The notes under the pieces are model-generated. The model did no database searches. It had not been told where the DNA came from and saw only the letters and a program-made list of their open reading frames with translations. Position numbers and translations under genes: made by a program. A stretch of DNA of 64,000 bases from NCBI GenBank assembly GCA_965222375.1, contig CBDCTZ010000015.1, positions 1,312,001 to 1,376,000 on the forward strand, given 5' to 3'. Source of the stretch: Polyangiaceae bacterium (GTDB taxonomy: Bacteria; Myxococcota_A; Polyangia; Polyangiales; Polyangiaceae). Shown here piece by piece: positions 61,704 through 64,000 of this stretch (positions are counted from its first letter, which is position 1; every line of letters begins with the position of its first letter).

Positions 61704-62459
61704 TCACAGCCAGTAGCGGGCGCCCAGGGCGACGGTAATGCCCACGCCGATCAGCACGACCACGCTGCGCACTCCGGCTGGGCTGACGCGCTGGGCGAGG
61801 CGAGCTCCGCCATAGCCGCCAGCGGCCGCGCACAGCGCCATGACCCCCGCGGCCTGCAGTTGTGCCGCGCCCTGAACCAGGAAGTAGACCGCCGCGATGC
61901 CATTGATGGTGCCCACGACCAAGCTTTTCACGGCATTCATGCGGTGAATGGACATGCTGCGCAGCAGTCCCAGCAGCGCCAGGGTGATGATGCCCATACC
62001 GGCGCCGAAGTAGCCGCCATAGACGGCTGCGACGGCAAGCAGGCTGGCCACGGCGGCTGTGCGGCCTCGACCCGCGCGCCCGGTACCCGCTCCGGCCCAG
62101 CGCTGAACCCGATCTTGGAACAGCAGGGTCACGGTCGCGAGCAGCACCAGCCAGGGCACCAACCAGGTAAACACCCGCTCCGACGTCAGCAGGAGCAGCG
62201 CGGCACCAGCGACGGAGCCGGCGGCGGACACGACACTGAGCAGCGCCGCGACCCGGGCGTTGTCACCCAATTCGCGGCGGTAGCCGAAGGCGGCGCCGAG
62301 CGAACCCGGGGTCATGGCCACGGTGTTGGTGGCGCTCGCGGCGATTGGCGACACGCCGAATGCGAGCAATGCGGGGAACGAGATCAGCGAGCCACCGCCG
62401 GCAACGGAGTTGATCGCGCCAGCTGCAAGCGCCGCTAGGCCCAGCCAAGCGAGGTCCAT
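61704..62459 (-). CDS. Sulfite exporter TauE/SafE family protein
   Basis: AGAINSVAGGGSLISFP, ATNT, YGGYFGAGMG. Confidence 0.92.
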   Translation of the reverse strand: MDLAWLGLAALAAGAINSVAGGGSLISFPALLAFGVSPIAASATNTVAMTPGSLGAAFGYRRELGDNARVAALLSVVSAAGSVAGAALLLLTSERVFTWLVPWLVLLATVTLLFQDRVQRWAGAGTGRAGRGRTAAVASLLAVAAVYGGYFGAGMGIITLALLGLLRSMSIHRMNAVKSLVVGTINGIAAVYFLVQGAAQLQAAGVMALCAAAGGYGGARLAQRVSPAGVRSVVVLIGVGITVALGARYWL

Positions 62460-62661
62460 CGGACTCAATGCCGACTCACTTCCGCTTGCTGCTTCGACAT
62501 GCGCCGCACCTGGCGGACGGTAAGAGATGCCGACAGCCTGCGCCAAGAGCTGTGGCCCCGGGAGCACTGGGTAATCGCGCAATTCGGTCGATTTCGCCGG
62601 CTGCGCATTGGACCGAGTTGGGATCCGGGCGTAACCTCCCGCCACTTGTGGGGAGGCTGAG

Positions 62662-63867
62662 GTGCGCTATGTGATCTGGATCGGGAGCGTCGCGGCGTCC
62701 GGACTGCTAGCTCTGGCGAGCTCTTGTTCGGCGAGTGACGCAAATGGGGGCAGCGCCAACACCGGTGGAGCGGGTGGCTCGGACGCGTCTGGCCTCGGCG
62801 GTTCGGGAGCGGCCGCCACGGGCGGCGCAGCAGGAGTGACCATTGATGCGGGCGTGAAAGACACCGGAAGCCCTGACGCTTGCGCTTCGATATCGGCGAA
62901 GGCCAATCGGCCGGAAGTCGACATCATCTGGGTCATCGATAACTCCAGCTCCATGTGGGACGAAATCGACAAGGTCCACAAGAACATCAATCAGGCCTTC
63001 GTGCCGATCATCGACAAGAGCATCCTCGACTGGCAGGTCATCATGATCAGCAAGCGCGGCTCGAAGCTTGGTGAGGTGTGCGTGCAGCCGCCTCTTGCCG
63101 GCGCCAACTGCGCGGACAATCCGCCCAAGTTCCATCAGATCAGTTGTGTGGTTGGAAGCAGTAGCTCCCTGTCGGTGGCCTTCTCTTCCTACAAGGGCAC
63201 CGTGAGCCCGCTGGTCTGTGATTCAGACGCGAAGCCCTGGAACAAGCTGGCGCGCTTCGATGCCACGAAGGTGTTCGTGGAGGTCACCGACGACGAGGCC
63301 GGACCAGCAACACAGTATATGACCGCTGGCGGCTTCGACTACTGGGCGCTGAACTCGGCGCAGCCCCCGGGCATGTTTGGGACCGAGGCCGCCCGGAAGT
63401 ACATATTTCACGCCATAGTTGGGATGGACAAGGCCAACCCGAGCGTCGTCTGCAAAAGCGGCGGCAACGAAGCCGAAGCCCCGGGGATCGAGTATCAGCA
63501 TCTGGCCAAGCTGACCGGCGGCATCACCCGCAGCATCTGCGAAGACGACTGGAGCGACATCTTCACGTCCATCGCCGGTGGCATCGTGAGCAGGCTCTCC
63601 TGCGAGTACGCGCCAACGCCGCCAGGCGGCCAGAGCTTGGACCCCAACCAGGTGAACGTGAGCTTCACGCCCGGCGGCGGGTCGCCCGAGGCGATCTTGC
63701 AGGATAACAACAAGCCCTGCGATCAAGGTGCCGACGGCTGGCAGTGGGATCCAACCAAGACCAGGATCCTGCTCTGCGGCGCGAGCTGCGACAAAGTCAA
63801 AGCGGACCTCGGCGGCCAAATCGACCTCGAATTCGGCTGCGCGACGAAGCTGGCACCGCCGCGCTGA
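62662..63867 (+). CDS. vWA-domain lipoprotein, paralog of 36834-38102
   Basis: DIIWVIDNSSSM, VTDDE, LDPNQVNV...GWQWD...FGCAT. Confidence 0.85.
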   Translation: MRYVIWIGSVAASGLLALASSCSASDANGGSANTGGAGGSDASGLGGSGAAATGGAAGVTIDAGVKDTGSPDACASISAKANRPEVDIIWVIDNSSSMWDEIDKVHKNINQAFVPIIDKSILDWQVIMISKRGSKLGEVCVQPPLAGANCADNPPKFHQISCVVGSSSSLSVAFSSYKGTVSPLVCDSDAKPWNKLARFDATKVFVEVTDDEAGPATQYMTAGGFDYWALNSAQPPGMFGTEAARKYIFHAIVGMDKANPSVVCKSGGNEAEAPGIEYQHLAKLTGGITRSICEDDWSDIFTSIAGGIVSRLSCEYAPTPPGGQSLDPNQVNVSFTPGGGSPEAILQDNNKPCDQGADGWQWDPTKTRILLCGASCDKVKADLGGQIDLEFGCATKLAPPR

Positions 63868-64000
63868 TGTTCAGCCCGCTCACTAGCAACAGCACACGCG
63901 ACAAACGGGTTCGCCGGACCTTGTGCAAGGCGCCGTGGCTGGGCCGAGCTCCAACACCCAAAGCCGACCAATAGGGGCTCCTTCGCGTTGGTGCCGCAGC

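Overview
High-GC bacterial DNA whose gene content points to a myxobacterium, probably Polyangiaceae/Sorangiineae-like (inference). The supporting content is lipoproteins built as lipobox + Gly-rich linker + payload, an FHA-sigma54 activator/Ser-Thr kinase/TPR module, Uma2 nucleases, and vWA, FG-GAP and RCC1 lipoproteins. Housekeeping anchors are groES-groEL with CIRCE, an acyl-CoA dehydrogenase, nhaA, gshA, an M2 peptidase and a TauE/SafE exporter. Between them lie many accessory secreted-protein genes (several frameshifted, interrupted by a stop, or chimeric), one MazEF-type and two AbiEii-type toxin-antitoxin-like pairs, and short tandem duplications. No rRNA, tRNA, CRISPR array, transposase, integrase or reverse transcriptase was recognised. 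The best candidate for an undescribed system lies just downstream of groEL: a four-helix-bundle (Avd/IVP-like) gene preceded by about 480 nt of highly structured non-coding DNA. That stretch contains an inverted array of hexamer repeats, a second hairpin and a hairpin that hides the ribosome-binding site, and it sits behind a promoter-like repeat found four times in the window. A second candidate is a local sigma54 regulon marked by a tandem GCAA-N3/4-TTGC motif repeated three times. All calls come from reading motifs by eye; no searches were run.
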